A DNA stretch of 64,000 nucleotides. It comes from Mobula hypostoma. Its lineage: Eukaryota. The stretch spans positions 241,430,001-241,494,000 of the forward strand of contig NC_086097.1 in NCBI RefSeq assembly GCF_963921235.1. Direction: 5' to 3'. The first letter of the stretch is position 1. Each line of letters starts with the position of its first letter. Both the position numbers and the translations under genes were made by a program. Below are positions 1 to 12,915 of the stretch, one piece after another. The notes under the pieces were generated by a model, which was not told the DNA's origin, did no database searches, and was given only the letters and a program-made list of their open reading frames with translations.

Positions 1-1932
1 TTCTTGAATAAGGGAACAACATCTGCAACTCTCCAATCCTCTGGAACCTCTCCCATGCCCATTGATGATGCAAAGATCATTGCCAGAGGCTCAGCAATCT
101 CCTCCCTTGCCTCCCACAGTAGCCTGGGGTACATCTCATCCAGTCCCAGAGACTTATCCCACTTGATGTTTTCCAAAAGCTCTAGCACATCCTCTTTCTT
201 AATGTCTATATGCTCAAGCTTTTCAATTTGCTGTAAGTCATCCCTACAATCACCAAGATCCTTTTCCGTAGTGAATACTAAAGCAAAGTATTCATTAAGT
301 ATCTCTGCTATCTCCTCCATTTCCATATACACTTTTCCACTGTCACACTTGATTGGTCCTATTCTCTCACATCTTATCCTTTTGCTCTTCACATACTTGT
401 AGAATGCCTTGGGGTTTTCTTTAATCCTGCTCGCCAAGGCCTTCTCATGGCTCCTTCTGGCTCTCCTAATATCATTCTTAAGCTCCTTCTTGCTAGCATT
501 ATAATTTTCTAGATCTCTATCATTACCTAGTTTTTTGAATCTTTCGTAAGCTTTTCTTTTCTTCTTGACTAGATTTACAATAGCCTTTGTACACCGTGGT
601 TCCTGAACTCTACCACCCTTTCCCTGTCTCATTGGAACGTACCTTTACATTTGCCACATTTCTGCCATACAATTCCCTGAGAACATCTGTCCCAATTTAT
701 GTTTCCAAGTTCCTGCCTGATAGGTTCATATTTCCCTTTATTCCAATTAAACGTTTTCCTAATTTGTCTGTTTCTATCCTTCTCCAATACTATGGTAAAG
801 GAGATAGAATTGTGATCACTATCTCCAAAATGCTCTCCCACTGAGAGACCTGACACCTGACCGGGTCATTTCTCAATACCAGATCAAGTACAGCCTCTCC
901 TCTTGTAGGCTTATCTACATATTGTGGCAGGAAGCCTTCCTGAAGACGCCTATTAAACTCTACCCCACCTAAATCCCTTGCTTTAGGGAGATGCCTATCA
1001 ATATTTGGGAAATTAAAATCTCCCACCACAACAACCCTGTTATTATTACACCTTTCCACGATCTGTCTCCCTATCTGCTCCTCCATATCCCTGTTACTAT
1101 TGGGTGGTCAATAAAAAACACCTAGTAGAGTTATTGACTCTTTCTGGTTTCTAACTTCCATCCACAGAGACTTGGTAGACAATCCCTCCATGACTTCCTC
1201 CTTTTTTGCAGCCGTGACACTATCTCTGATCAGCAGTGCCACGCCCCCACCTCTTTTGCCTCCCTCCCTGTCCTTTCTGAAGCATCTATAGCCTGGTACT
1301 CAAAGTAACCATTCCTGCTCCTGAGCCATCCAAGTCTCTGTAACGGCCACAACATCATAGATCCAAGTACTGATCCATGCTCTAAGCTCATCCGCTTTGT
1401 TCATGATGCTTCTTGTGTTAAAATAGACACATCTCAAACCAACAGACTGAGCACATCCCTTCTCTATCACCTGCCTATCCTCCCTCTCACACTGCCTCCA
1501 AGCTTTCTCTATTTGTGAGCCAACAGCCAATTCCTCCGTCTCTTTAGTTCAGTTCCCACCCCCGGGAAATTCTAATATAAACTCTCCCCAATAGCCTTAG
1601 CAAACCTTCCTGCCAGGATATTGGCCCCCCCTTGGATTCAAGTGCAACCTGTCCTTTTTGTACAGGTCACACCTGCCCCAAAAGAGGTCCCAATGATCCA
1701 GAAATCTGAATCCCTGACCCCTGCTCCAATCCCTCAGCCACCTCACTCTATTCCTATACTCACTGTCACATGGCACAGGCAGTAATCTCGAGATTACTAC
1801 CTTTGAGGTCCGCTTCTCAACTTCCTTCCTAACTCCCTGTAGTCTGTTTTCAGGACCTCCTCCTTTTTCCTACCTACGTCGCTGGTACCTATATGTACCA
1901 CGACCTCTGGCTGTTCACCTTCCCACTTCAGG
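1..1932 (-). mobile_element. Decayed CR1 LINE (ORF1 esterase 3' part, ORF2 endonuclease and linker), continues beyond window start
   Basis: Minus-strand ORF pieces: LRCVYFNTRSIMNKADEL...YDVVAVTETW (1300-1530) and VVVGDFNFPNID...LDLVL (790-1086) are APE motifs; multiple stops and frameshifts. Confidence 0.9.
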
Positions 1933-2563
1933 AAATATCTGGGAACTCACCTGGACAATAATCTGGACTGGACTAAAAATACAAGGGCTCTGTACAAGAA
2001 GGGACAGAGCTGACTGTACTTCTCGAGGAGACCTCAGTCATTCAATATCTGCAGTACTGTGCTGCAAATGTTCTCCAACTCAGTGGTGGCCAGCATTCTG
2101 TTCTACGCTGTAGTCTGTTGGGGCAGCAGGGTGAGAGCAGCTGATGCCAAGAGGTTCGATAAGCTCATCGGGAAGGCTGGTCCTGTTCAGGGGGTGGAAC
2201 TGGATTCCCTGCTGGCTGTGTCTGAGAGGAGGTTGCTGCAGAAGCTACAGAGCATTATGGACGATCCCTCTCACTCCCTCCATGACATACTGGACAAACA
2301 GAGGAGCACCTTCAGTAACAGACTGATTCTACCAACGTACACCACTAAACCCCACAGGAGATCCTTTCTCCCTGTGGCTATACAAGCATATAAGTATATG
2401 GTTCCATTGCACATCTGTATTTTGCACTATTACTGTTTAATGCACTTTTTGTATTTTTTTTCATTTCTCAGTGTTTACATTTTGTATCTTAAAGTATATA
2501 TTTCTGACTAAGCAACCTTGCGACAATAATTTCTTTTGGGATAAATAAAGTTTTATCTTATCT
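1933..2563 (+). mobile_element. Rex1/Babar-type LINE 3' fragment
   Basis: ORF 2059-2511 (SVVASILFYAVVCWGS...HSLH...RRSFLPVAI) matches the Rex1/Babar C-terminus; tail aataaagttttatcttatctta. Confidence 0.8.
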
Positions 2564-2872
2564 TAGAACATAGAATAGTACAGCACAGTACAGGCCCTTC
2601 AGCCCACAATGCTGTGCTGACCCTCAAACCCTGCCTCCCATATAACCCCCCACCTTAAATTCCTCCATATACCTGTCTAGTAGTCTCTCAAACTTTACTA
2701 GTGTATCTGCCTCCACCACTGACTCAGGCAGTGCATTCCACGCACCAACCACTCTCTCAGTAAAAAACCTTCCTCTAATATCCCCCTTGAACTTCCCACC
2801 CCTTACCTTAAAGCCATGTCCTCTTGTATTGAGCTGTGGTGTCCTGGGGAAGAAGCGCTGGCTATCCACTCT
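2564..2872 (-). mobile_element. CR1 3' end fragment
   Basis: TRGHGFKV...FFTERVVGAWNALP C-terminal motif plus (ttctatg)-type tail. Confidence 0.85.
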
Positions 2873-3464
2873 TGTTATTATGTACTGCACTGTACTGCTG
2901 CCACAAAAATCAATAAATTTCACGACATTAAACCTGATTCTGATTTTTTTTCTCTTTTTGCACTATTTATTTAATTTAATTTTTATAAATACTTTTTATT
3001 GTAATTTAGTTTTTTAATTGTTGTTATGTATTACCACTACTGAACAACAAATTTCATGACGTATGCCGGTGATATTAAACCTGATTCTGGTAAAGAAGGG
3101 ACTGTTTACTTTCCCTTCAACTAAGAAACAGGTTTTCCCAAATGACAGGTATTCAGACACAACACTCGTGTCCTTGTAGAGACCTCTCTTGTAACTTCCT
3201 GTCAGGAGCTCCTAACTATAGCCTTGAGGGTCTCTGAAACCCCCTCTGTGCATAAGGTAGAAGTTCATCGCTAGTGTCCCAGCAGCAGCCCTAAACTCCA
3301 ATAACAAAGCAGTTTAGGCCAGTAGACGAGGTTGATTTGAGGTTATAGGAGATCACAGTGAGAACAAAGAATGCAGTTTGAGTGTTGACCATTTAAATGG
3401 CACACTGCCAGGGAAAATGGCATCAGTTAATGCTGTTTGTTCTAAGTGTAAAGAAGAACTGTCA

Positions 3465-4346
3465 TTAATGCAAATATCTGATCAGCCAATCACGTGGCAG
3501 CAACTCAATGCATAAAAGCATGCAGACATGGCCAAGAGCTTCAGTTGTTTGTCAGACCAAACATCAGAATGGGGAAAAAATGTGATCTAAGACACTTTGA
3601 CCTAAGAGACCTGAGTTCCCACAAACTATGGACTCGCTTTCAAGGACTCTTTACCTCATGCTTTTGAAATCTGTTGCTTATTTATTTATTATTATGACAA
3701 ACAAGAGAACAATCTGCAGATGCTGGAAATTCAAGCAACACACAAAAAATGCCGGAGGAACTCAGCAGGCCAGGCGGCATCTATGGAAAAGAGTATTGTC
3801 GATGGTTTGGGCTTTTATTTTTTTCTCTCTCTTTTGTGTTTGCAGAGTTTGTTGTCTTTTGCACTTTGGTTGATTGCTGGTCCTCTTTGGTGTGGGCTTT
3901 CATTAATCCTATTGTGTTTCTTGGATTTATTGTGTATGCCCACAGAAAAAGAATCTTAGGGTTGTATATGGTGACAGATATGTACTTTGACAATAAATTA
4001 ACTTTGAACCTTGAACGTTGACCATGGACCAGATGGGGTGGTTTGAACATGCCAAAAACTGCCGGTCCGGGATTTTCACGCGCAACAGTCTCTGGAGTTT
4101 GCACAGAGTGGTGCGAATGAAGCAAATGGCAATTCTGTGGGTGAAAACCAGTGTGCTAATGAGAGAGGTCGGAGGAGAATGGCCATACTGGTTCAAGCTG
4201 ACAGGAAGATGAGAGTAACTCAAATTGTTGCATTACAACAGTGCTGTGCTAAAGAGCATCTCTGAATGTACAGCACATCAGTCCTTGAAGAGGATGGGTG
4301 CAGCAACATACACTCAGGAGGTACCGAATAAGGTGGCCACTGTGTA
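3465..4346 (+). mobile_element. Tc1/mariner-like non-autonomous remnant, interrupted at ~3603-4015 by a Rex-type 3' UTR and a Penelope fragment
   Basis: Fish Tc1-like internal sequence (atcagccaatcacgtggcagc...catcagaatgggg) and terminal-repeat-like end aataaggtggccactgtgta finishing in TA; recognised by eye. Confidence 0.6.
3696..3812 (-). mobile_element. Penelope pseudo-LTR (pLTR) tail fragment
   Basis: aatctgcagatgctgg...ggaggaactcagcaggccaggcggcatc matches the 3' end of the Penelope copies at 41368-41920 and 51094-52894. Confidence 0.8.
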
Positions 4347-6076
4347 TCTGTTGACCATCTCTTTGATGTCATTTCACATAGGAGAACGAAATCTATCGAA
4401 TAAAATGGGGAATATTTTACAATGGGTGTCAATACACATGGGAATATGGACAAAATTGCTCTGTTCCCAGTAATTGAATTTTCATCATTCATCACCACCC
4501 ATTTTGGAGTTCTCCAACTAAATTTCATTCCTAAAAAACTTGTGCTATCAGCAAACATATAAAAGTCTAGTTTAAATTAAATTAAGTTACTACAACATGC
4601 AGTTTAATTGAAGTGGAGGTTAATTGCAGATTACTTATCTTGTGCACTGAGGCAGCACTTTATAATACAATTTTATTTATTAAAAATGTCCCAAGAAAAA
4701 TTCATTAGTTTAGTTAAGAGTAGCAACTTGGTGCAACTTTGATTAAGATATATAAAATGGATCCGCCACTGAGGCATTTTAATTACAGTGTATGAAGCCT
4801 CACAACCCTGCTTCCTGTGGACCGCTGCCACAGGCAAGCAGCATCCACCTCCAAGTACACCCACCATCCGGGCCGAACTCTCTTCTCACTGCTGCCATCG
4901 GGAAGGAGGTACAGGAGGGAGACTGAAAATCTGGCTCGGAGGTGCCATAACAATAACCCCAGCCAGACCAAGGAGCCGATTATTGACTTCAGGAGGAGAA
5001 AACTGGAGGTCCATGACCCTGTCCTCATCAGGGAATCAGAGGGTCAGCAACTTTGTTATCATTTCAGAGAACCGGTCCTGCGCCCAGCATGTAGGTGCAA
5101 TTACAATGAAGCCACGGCAGCACCTCCACTTTCTGAGGAGGTTGAAAAGATTCAGCATGACATCCAAAGCTCTGACAAACTTCTATTGATGTGAAGTGGA
5201 GCGTATATTGACTGGCTGCATCTCAGTCTGATTTGGAAACAACAATGCCGTTGAACAGAAACTCCTACAGAAGTACTGGATATGGCCCAGTACGTCACAG
5301 ATAAAGCCCTCCCCCGCCACTGAGCACGTCTACACGAAGCATTGTCATAGGAAAGCAGAATCCATCATCAGGGACCCCCACCACCCAGGGCACATTCTCT
5401 TCTCGCTGCTGCCATCAGGAAGAAGGTACGTGAGCCTCAGGACTCACACTACCAGGCTCAGGAACAGTTATTACCCCTCAACCATCAGGTTCTTGGACCA
5501 CAGCAGATTATTCCACTCAGCTCAAGAGGATAACTTCATTTAAAGTGTGGACAAATCCCCAGGGCCTGACAAGGTGTTCCCTCGGAACCTGTGGGAGGCA
5601 AGTGCAGAAATTACAGGGGCAGAAGCAATGATATTTAAATCATGTGAGATACCAACGGATTGGAGGATAGCTAATGTTGTTCTGCTATTTAGGAAAGGCT
5701 CTTAGAATAGGCTAGGAAATTACAGGTCGGTGACCCTTGCATCAGTAGTGGGAAAGTTATTAGAATGTATTCTGAGTGACCGGATATACGAATATTTGGA
5801 TAGACAGGGAATGATTAGGGATAGTCAGCAAGGCTTCCTGCAAGAAAAGTCTTATCGAGTTTTTCAAGGAAGTTATAAGAAAAGTTGATGAAGGCAAGGC
5901 AGTGGATGTTGTCTACATGGATTTTTGCAAGGCATTTGATAAGGTTCCACATGGGAGGTTGGTCAAAAAGGTTCAGTTGCTTGGCATTCAAGATGAGGTA
6001 GTAAAATAAATGAGACACTGGTTTTGCAGAAACAGGCAAAGAGTGGTAGTGGACGGTTGCCTCTCTGACTGGAGGC

Positions 6077-6891
6077 ATAAGAACATAAGAAATTGGAGCA
6101 GGAGTAGGCCATCCGGCCCATCGAGCCTGCCCCGTCACTCAATAAGATCACGGCTGATCTGTCCGTAAACTCAGCTCCATCTACCTGCCTTTTCTCCATA
6201 ACCCTTAATTCCCCTACTATGTAAAAACCTATCTAACTGTTTCTTAAATATATTTAGTGAAGAAGCCTCAACTGCTTCCCTGGGCAGAGAATTCCACAAA
6301 TTCGCCACTCTCTGGGAAAAACAGCTTCTCCTCATCTCCATCCTAAATCTTCTCCCCTGAATCTTGAGGCAATGTCCCCTAGTTCTAGTCTCACCCACCA
6401 ATGGAAACAACTTTCCGACTTCTATCTTATCTATCCCTTTCAAAATTTTGTATGTTTCTATAAGATCCCTCTCATTCTTCTGAACTCCAGAGAGTATAGT
6501 CCCAGGCAACTCAATCTCTCCTCGTAGGTGAACCCTTTCATCCCTGGAATCAACCTAGTGAACCTCCTCTGCACTGCCTCCAAAGCCAGTATATCCTTCC
6601 TCAAGTATGGAGACCAGAACTGCACACAGTACTCCAGGTGCGGCCTCACCAGTACCCTGTATCGTTGCAGCATGACCTCCCTGCTCTTCAATTCAATCCT
6701 TCTAGCAATGAAGGCCAACATTCCATCTGCCTTCTTAATAACCTGTTGTACCTGCAAGCCTACTTTTTGTGATTCATGAACAAGCACTCCCAGGTCCCTC
6801 TGCACAACAGCATGCTGCAATCTTTCACTATTTAAATAATAATCTGCTTTTCTATTATTCCTTTCAAAGTAGATGACCTCACATTTACCAT
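6077..6891 (-). mobile_element. Nested CR1 3' fragment
   Basis: RPHLEYCVQFWSPY and RTRGH motifs; tail (ttcttatg)n; TSD gaggc at 6072-6076 and 6892-6896. Confidence 0.9.
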
Positions 6892-7845
6892 GAGGCCTAT
6901 GACTAGTGTTGTGCTGCAGAGATCAGTGGTGGATCCATTGTTGTTTGTCATCTATATCAACAACCTGGATGATATTGTGGTTAACTGGATCAGCAAATTT
7001 GTGGATGACACCAAGATTGGAGGTGTAGTGGATAGTGAAGAAGGCTATCGTGCCTTGCTGTGGGATCTGGACCAGCTGGAAAAGTGGGCTGAAAAATGGC
7101 AGATGGAATTTAATGCAGACAAGTGTGAGGTGTTGAACTTTGGGAGGACTAACCAGGGTAATCCTTACACAGTGAGCGGTAGGACACTGAGGAGTGTGGT
7201 AGAACAAAGGGATCTGGGAATACAGGTCCATAATTCATTGAATATGACAACACAAGTACATAGAGTCATAAAAAAGCTCTTGGCATATTGACCTTCATAG
7301 ATCAAAGTATTGAGTACAGGAGTTGGGATGTAATGTTGAAGTTGTATGAGACATTGACGAGGCCTTTTCTGGAGTATTGTGTACAATTTTGATCACCTAC
7401 ATACAGGAAAGATATAAATACGATTGAAAAAGTACAGAGGAATTTACAAGGATGTTGCATGGACTGGAGGACCTGTGTTATAAGGAAAGATTGAATAAAT
7501 TAGAGCTTTATTCCTTGGAACATAGAAGACTAAGGGGAAATTTGATAGACATATACAAAATTATGAGAGGTATAGATAGGGTACATGCAAGCAGGATTTT
7601 TCCACTGAAAGGCAAGACTACAACTAGAGGTCATGGGTTAAGAGTGAAAGGTGAAAAGTTTAAGGGGATCATGAGGGGAAGCTTTTTACTCAGAGGGTGG
7701 TGAGAGGGTGGAATGAGCTGCCAGTGCAGGTGGTGGATGTAATTTTGATTTCAAAGGTTAAGAGAAGTTTGGATAGAAACATTGATGGGATGAGAGATAT
7801 GGTCTGGGTGTAGGTTGATGGGATTAGACAGTTTAAATTAGACAG

Positions 7846-8523
7846 GAGGAAGGGAAGCATGCGGTGCGACGCAGTGCATGCAGCCTCCCCGGTGAATGAT
7901 ATCTGTAATCTGTCAAGTAGGGTACCGTGCACAATTCTGATTTGATGGAGACAGATGTGAGAGTATGGAGGAACATCTGAAGAAACTTCTGAAATGCCCG
8001 CTTGGCTACTGCTGCTACTGTGTGGTAACCAGAATCTCCAGAGCAGAAGGACCCGAATCCTCTACTTTGCTCGTTTCGGCGGCCGGGGCGAGGTCGAAGG
8101 CGCTCGGCAGAGAATGGTGCTTGGGAGGCTGTGTCGGAGGGGCTGGTCGGAGGCTCGAAGTTTTCGGATGGACAGACTCAGTGTCAGCTGTGGTCGAGTG
8201 CTTCCAATGCATCGGCAGTTGTTGGTGCCTGGAGGCTCATGGCAGGGAGTTTCTCCCTTTTGCCACCTGCTATCGGGGACTCGGGAGTCGATCGGGATTT
8301 GAGACTTTTTTTTTTACCATTCCCATGGTCTGTTCTTTATCAAATTATGGTATTGCTTTGCACTGCTGTAACTGTATGTTATAATGATGTGGTTCTGTCA
8401 GTGTTAGTCTTCGGTTTGTCCTGTTTTCTGTGATATCACTCTGGAGGAACATTATATCATTTCTTAATGCATGTATGCATTTCTAAATAACAACAAAAGA
8501 GGACTGAGTGTTCTCATAATCTA
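7846..8523 (+). mobile_element. Non-coding ~650-bp retroposon ('family X'), copy 1
   Basis: Collinear with 27121-27724 (-) and 33061-33716 (+); interrupts a CR1 3' UTR with TSD taaat at 7834-7838 and 8522-8526. Confidence 0.8.
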
Positions 8524-8919
8524 AATGGTTTGGCAAAGACTAGAAGGTCCAAAGGGGCCTGTTTCTGTGTTGTAGTTTTCTATGACTCTATGACACTAAC
8601 TTCACTTGCCTCACCACTGGACTATTCCCACAACATCTGGATTCACTTTCAAGGACTCTTCATCTCATATTATTGATACTTATTGCTTATTTATTATTAT
8701 TATTTCCCTTTTTCTTTCTTTTTGTATTTGCTCAGTGGTTGTCCACCAGGTATGTGCAGACTTTCATTGATCCTATTATGGTTATTGGATTTATTGAGTA
8801 TGCCTACAAGAAAATGAATCTCAGGGTTGTATATGGTGTAAATTTACTTTGAAATTGTGCCTCACAGCAGCAGGTTCAAGAATAGTTATTACCCTTCAGT
8901 CGTCAGGATCCCAAATCTG

Positions 8920-9490
8920 ATTCAAGAGGTTAAGAAAGCAAGAGTAGGGATGTGATCTTGAGGCAAGGACTCATCGTGAGTATTGTGAACAATTTTGGGT
9001 TCCTTATCTAAGAAAGGATGTGCTGGCATTGGGGAGCGTTCAGAGGAGGTAAAACAGGATAATTCTAGGAATGAAAGGGTTATCACGTGAGGACTGTTTC
9101 ATGGCTCTGGTCCTGTACTCACTGGAATTTAGAAGGGTGAGGATTGGATCTCGTTGAAACCTTTCTAATGTTAAAAGGTCTAGACAACATAGATGTGGAA
9201 TAGATGTTTCCATGGTGGGGGAGTCTAGGACAAGAGGGCACAGCCTCAGGATAGAGGGGTGTCCACTTAAAACAGAGATGCAGAGAAGTTCCTTGAACCA
9301 GAGGAATTAGTTACCACAGGCAGCGATGGAAGCATTTTTTTAAGGCAGAGATGGATAGGTTCTTGATTGGCCACAGTATCAAAGGTTATGGGGAGAAGGC
9401 CGGGGAGTGGGGCTGAGGAGGGGAAAATAGAATCACCAGATTCAATGGCCAAATTCTGCCCCTGTGTCTTCTGGGCTTATTGCCTTATGA
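8920..9490 (+). mobile_element. CR1 3' fragment
   Basis: Degenerate EYCEQFW.PYLRKD / GLYSLEFRR / RTRGHSL region at the nucleotide level. Confidence 0.8.
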
Positions 9491-10384
9491 ACTGGCATGA
9501 CAACTTCACTCACCTCAACACCGAACTGATTCCACAACCTTTCAAGGACTTTCCACTCACTTTCAAGGACTCTACAGCTCGGGTTCTCAGTGTGTACGTA
9601 TCTATTGATTTATTTGTGTATTGTTTGCACAGTTTGTCTTCTTTTGCACATTGGTTGTTATTCCATTGGTTCAATTGTATTTCTTTGTTCTAAAGATTCA
9701 AAGGTTCATTTAAATATCAGAGAATGTATACAATATACAAGCTGAAATTTTTACTCTTCACAGAAATCCACAAAACAAGAAACCCCATATAATAAATGAT
9801 AAAACATCAAACCCCCACCCCCCTCCACTGCACAAACAGTAGCAGAGGTATTGTCTGCCCTGTTGGAGTGCAGTCTTCCATTGATTCTATTATGGTAATT
9901 AGATTTACTGTGAATGCCCACAAGAAAATGAATCTCAAGGTAGTATATGGTGATGTACACAAACTTTGTTACTAAATGTACTTTGAAATATAAGCAACTC
10001 AACGTTAAGTAGCTGAAATAGAATATGTATTCAGAAACACTTTCATTAGATTGTCTGCAGTAGTTGCTTTCCTAATGTACTTTAAAAACAACTTAGATTC
10101 AAATTAATTCAAAAATGCCTTCAGCACCCAAAATAATTCAAATGCCTTTGACAACCTGCCAAGGAATTTAATTAGCAGACACTCACATTGGTGATTAATT
10201 CATCTTAAAGGGCTGGAGTTTCTTGGTTGCATTTTGTTTTCCCAATTTGGACAAAATGGGTCTCACAAAAGATTGGGAAATTTTAAACATAATTTATGCA
10301 TAAGTTTGAAGTACAAAGTTATGTACTAATTTGGAAGAGATCGGCTTGGAGATAGCATTTTGGTGAGACTAGCTCTGCATTGAA

Positions 10385-10648
10385 ATTTACACAATGCTTT
10401 ACAGTACAGGCAACCCGGGTTCAATTCGTGCTGCTGACTATAAGAAATTTGTACATTCTCCCCGTGACTGCATGAGTTTCCTCCAGGTGCTACGGTTTCC
10501 TCCCACAATACAAAGACATACTGGTTCGTATGTCAATTGAGTATTGTCCCACGGTTAGGTTCGGATTAAATTGGTGGATTGCTGGGCAGTGTGTCTCAAA
10601 GGGCTGGAAGGACCTACTTCATGCTGTATCTCAATAAATAAATAAATA
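10385..10648 (+). mobile_element. tRNA-derived V-SINE-like element
   Basis: B-box gggttcaattc, V-domain-like ttctccccgtgactgc...ggtttcctcccaca, tail (aaat)n; related copies at 39650-39905, 49565-49750 (-) and 61195-61420. Confidence 0.75.
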
Positions 10649-11126
10649 GCATACAGAAAGCTCAGAGCTCTGTTTAGGGCAAATGTAAATTGGGTTGTTT
10701 CAAGCACAATCTTTTCTGGTGTCTACCTTATGCAAATTGGGCAGAACAAAGCAATACAACCAAGGACAATCATTCATTTGTAAAGCATCATTCTTAAAAG
10801 TAAATTGACAGAGGTGTAAAGGCATAGATCTGGTGGATAGCCAGAGAATTTTTTTCTCCAGGGCGGACATGTAGAAATGACTAATACCGGGGGCATAATT
10901 TTAAAATGCGTGGCGGAATGGAGATGTGTCTCTACCAAAGGAGGTGTAAGGTGCCCCTACTCTCCACTAGCCTGCAGCTAACATATAACACCTACTTAGC
11001 CCACCCCCACCCTGATCAAGGTCACGTGAAGCCGTAGGAGCAGGTAGTGAATGGTCAAGTGAGCAGCTGGTGCATATCACAAGTCCTGGTTATGTGACCA
11101 CTGACACCAAACAGACAATCTCTTAA

Positions 11127-11600
11127 AAAAGATCACTCCCTACTTTTACATAGTTTTCTCCTTTTTCTTGTTCTTTCTTTCCTCTCTTTTCTATAAGTGT
11201 ATTTTTTTTGTGCATGCCATATTCTGCCAGAGCCTCGGCGGCCACTTTTCAGGAGGTTGTCTTGGAGGAAAGATTCTGTGAGTGGTCCGCCACATCCCTC
11301 TCACAGCGCAGTCTTTTTTTTTAACGAGGCTGAGTTGCGAGCTCGACTCTCAACCTGGCACGGATGGAAAGCGTGCCCGGGAGCGGCCTGACTGGGTTCG
11401 AACTCGGGAACCTTCACTCCGGAGTCCGGCACTGATGTCACTGTGCCACCAGCCGGCCTGAGTGTATATCTCAGATAAATATTACGTGGAGATTTGTAGT
11501 AAATATGACTATATGATATATATGTGCAGTATCTGAAATACATCTTATGGAAATGTTTGTTTGATGATGAACTTCAATAAAAAATAAATTACAAAAAAAT
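11127..11600 (+). mobile_element. L1/Tx1-type 3' UTR with AATAAA and A-rich tail, split by a SINE
   Basis: T-rich UTR ending caataaaaaataaattacaaaaaaa; family assignment is an inference. Confidence 0.5.
11203..11460 (-). mobile_element. tRNA-derived SINE
   Basis: A-box-like tggcacagtga and B-box gagttcgaacc on the minus strand; poly(A) end; TSD agtgtat at 11196-11202 and 11461-11467. Confidence 0.8.
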
Positions 11601-11624
11601 GTATTGGTAATTATTGGTAAAGTA

Positions 11625-12915
11625 TTGGCTTTGTGTGTGGTAGGTCATGTTTGACCAATCTATTGGAGTTTTTCAAGGAGGTTACCAGGAAAGTGGATGA
11701 AGGGAAGGCAGTGGATATTGTCTACATGGACTTCAGTAAGGCCTTTGACAAGGTCCCGCATGGGAGGTTAGTTAGGAAAATTCAGTCGCTAGGTATACAT
11801 GGAGAGGTGGTAAATTGGATTAGACATTGGCTCAATGGAAGAAGCCAAAGAGTGGTAGTAGAGAATTGCTTCTCTGAGTGGAGGCCTGTGACTAGTGGTG
11901 TGCCACAGGGATCAGTGCTGGGTCCATTGTTATTTGTCATCTATATCAATGATCTGAAGATAATATGGTAAACTGGATCAGCAAATTTGCTGGTGATACA
12001 AAGATTGGAGGTGCCGTGGATAGTGAAGAAGGTTTTCAAAGCTTGCAGAGGGATTTGGACCAGCTGGAAAAATGGGCTGAAAAATGGCAAATGGAGTTTA
12101 ATACAGACAAGTGTGAGGTATTGCACTTTGGAAAGACAAACCAAGGTAGAACATACAGGGTAAATGGTAAGGCACTGAGGAGTGCAGTGGAACAGAGGGA
12201 TCTGGGAATACAGATACAAAATTCCCTAAAAGTGGCATCACAGGTAGATAGGGTCGTAAAGAGAGCTTTTGGTACATTGGCCTTTATTAATCAAAGTATT
12301 GAGTATAAGAGCTGGAATGTTATGATTAGGTTGTATAAGGCATTGGTGAGGCCGAATCTGGAGTATTGTGTTCAGTTTTGGTCACCAAATTACAGGAAGG
12401 ATATTAATAAGGTTGAAAGAGTGCAGAGAAGGTTTACAAGGATGTTGCCGGGACTTGAGAAACTGAGTTACAGAGAAAGGTTGAATAGGTTAGGACTTTA
12501 TTCCCTGGAGCGTAGAAGAATGAAGGGAGATTTGATAGAGGTATATAAAATTTTGATGGGTATAGATAGAGTGAATGCAAGCAGGTTTTTTCCACTGAGG
12601 GAAGGGGAGAAAAAAACCAGAGGACATAGGTTAAGGGTGGTGGGGGGAAGTTTAAAGGGAACATTAGGGGGGCTTCTTCACACAGAGAGTGGTGGGAGTA
12701 TGGAATGAGCTGCCAGCCGAGGTGGTAAATGCGGGTTCTTTTTTAACATTTAAGAATAAATTGGACAGATACATGGATGGGAGGTGTATGGAGGGATATG
12801 GTCAGTGTGCAGGTCAGTGGGACTAGGCAGAAAATGGTTTAGCACAGCCAAGAAGGGCCAAAAGGCCTGTTTCTGTGCTGTAGTTTTTCTATGGTTCTAT
12901 GGTTTCTTTCTATGG
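11625..12915 (+). mobile_element. 5'-truncated CR1 (RT domain, frameshifted)
   Basis: ORFs 11633-11971 ([21 protein letters not shown]) and 11965-12708; tail ttctatggttctatgg. Confidence 0.92.

Larger units (their letters stand above)
5539..8596 (+). mobile_element. 5'-truncated decayed CR1 (RT to 3' tail) carrying two nested insertions
   Basis: LFVIYINNLD...ISKFVDDTKIGG (6890-7291); tail ttctatgactctatgac; flanked by TSD taacttca. Confidence 0.9.
4790..8855 (+). mobile_element. Rex1/Babar LINE 3' part (4790-5538, resuming 8597-8855), split by a CR1 insertion
   Basis: QTKEPIIDFRR and LHFLRRLKRFSM...LTNFY motifs; 8-bp TSD taacttca at 5531-5538 and 8597-8604 around the CR1. Confidence 0.8.

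Noticed and set aside
11385..11460. tRNA gene
   Set aside because: Has A/B boxes but no complete cloverleaf, and continues into a SINE body with poly(A) and TSD
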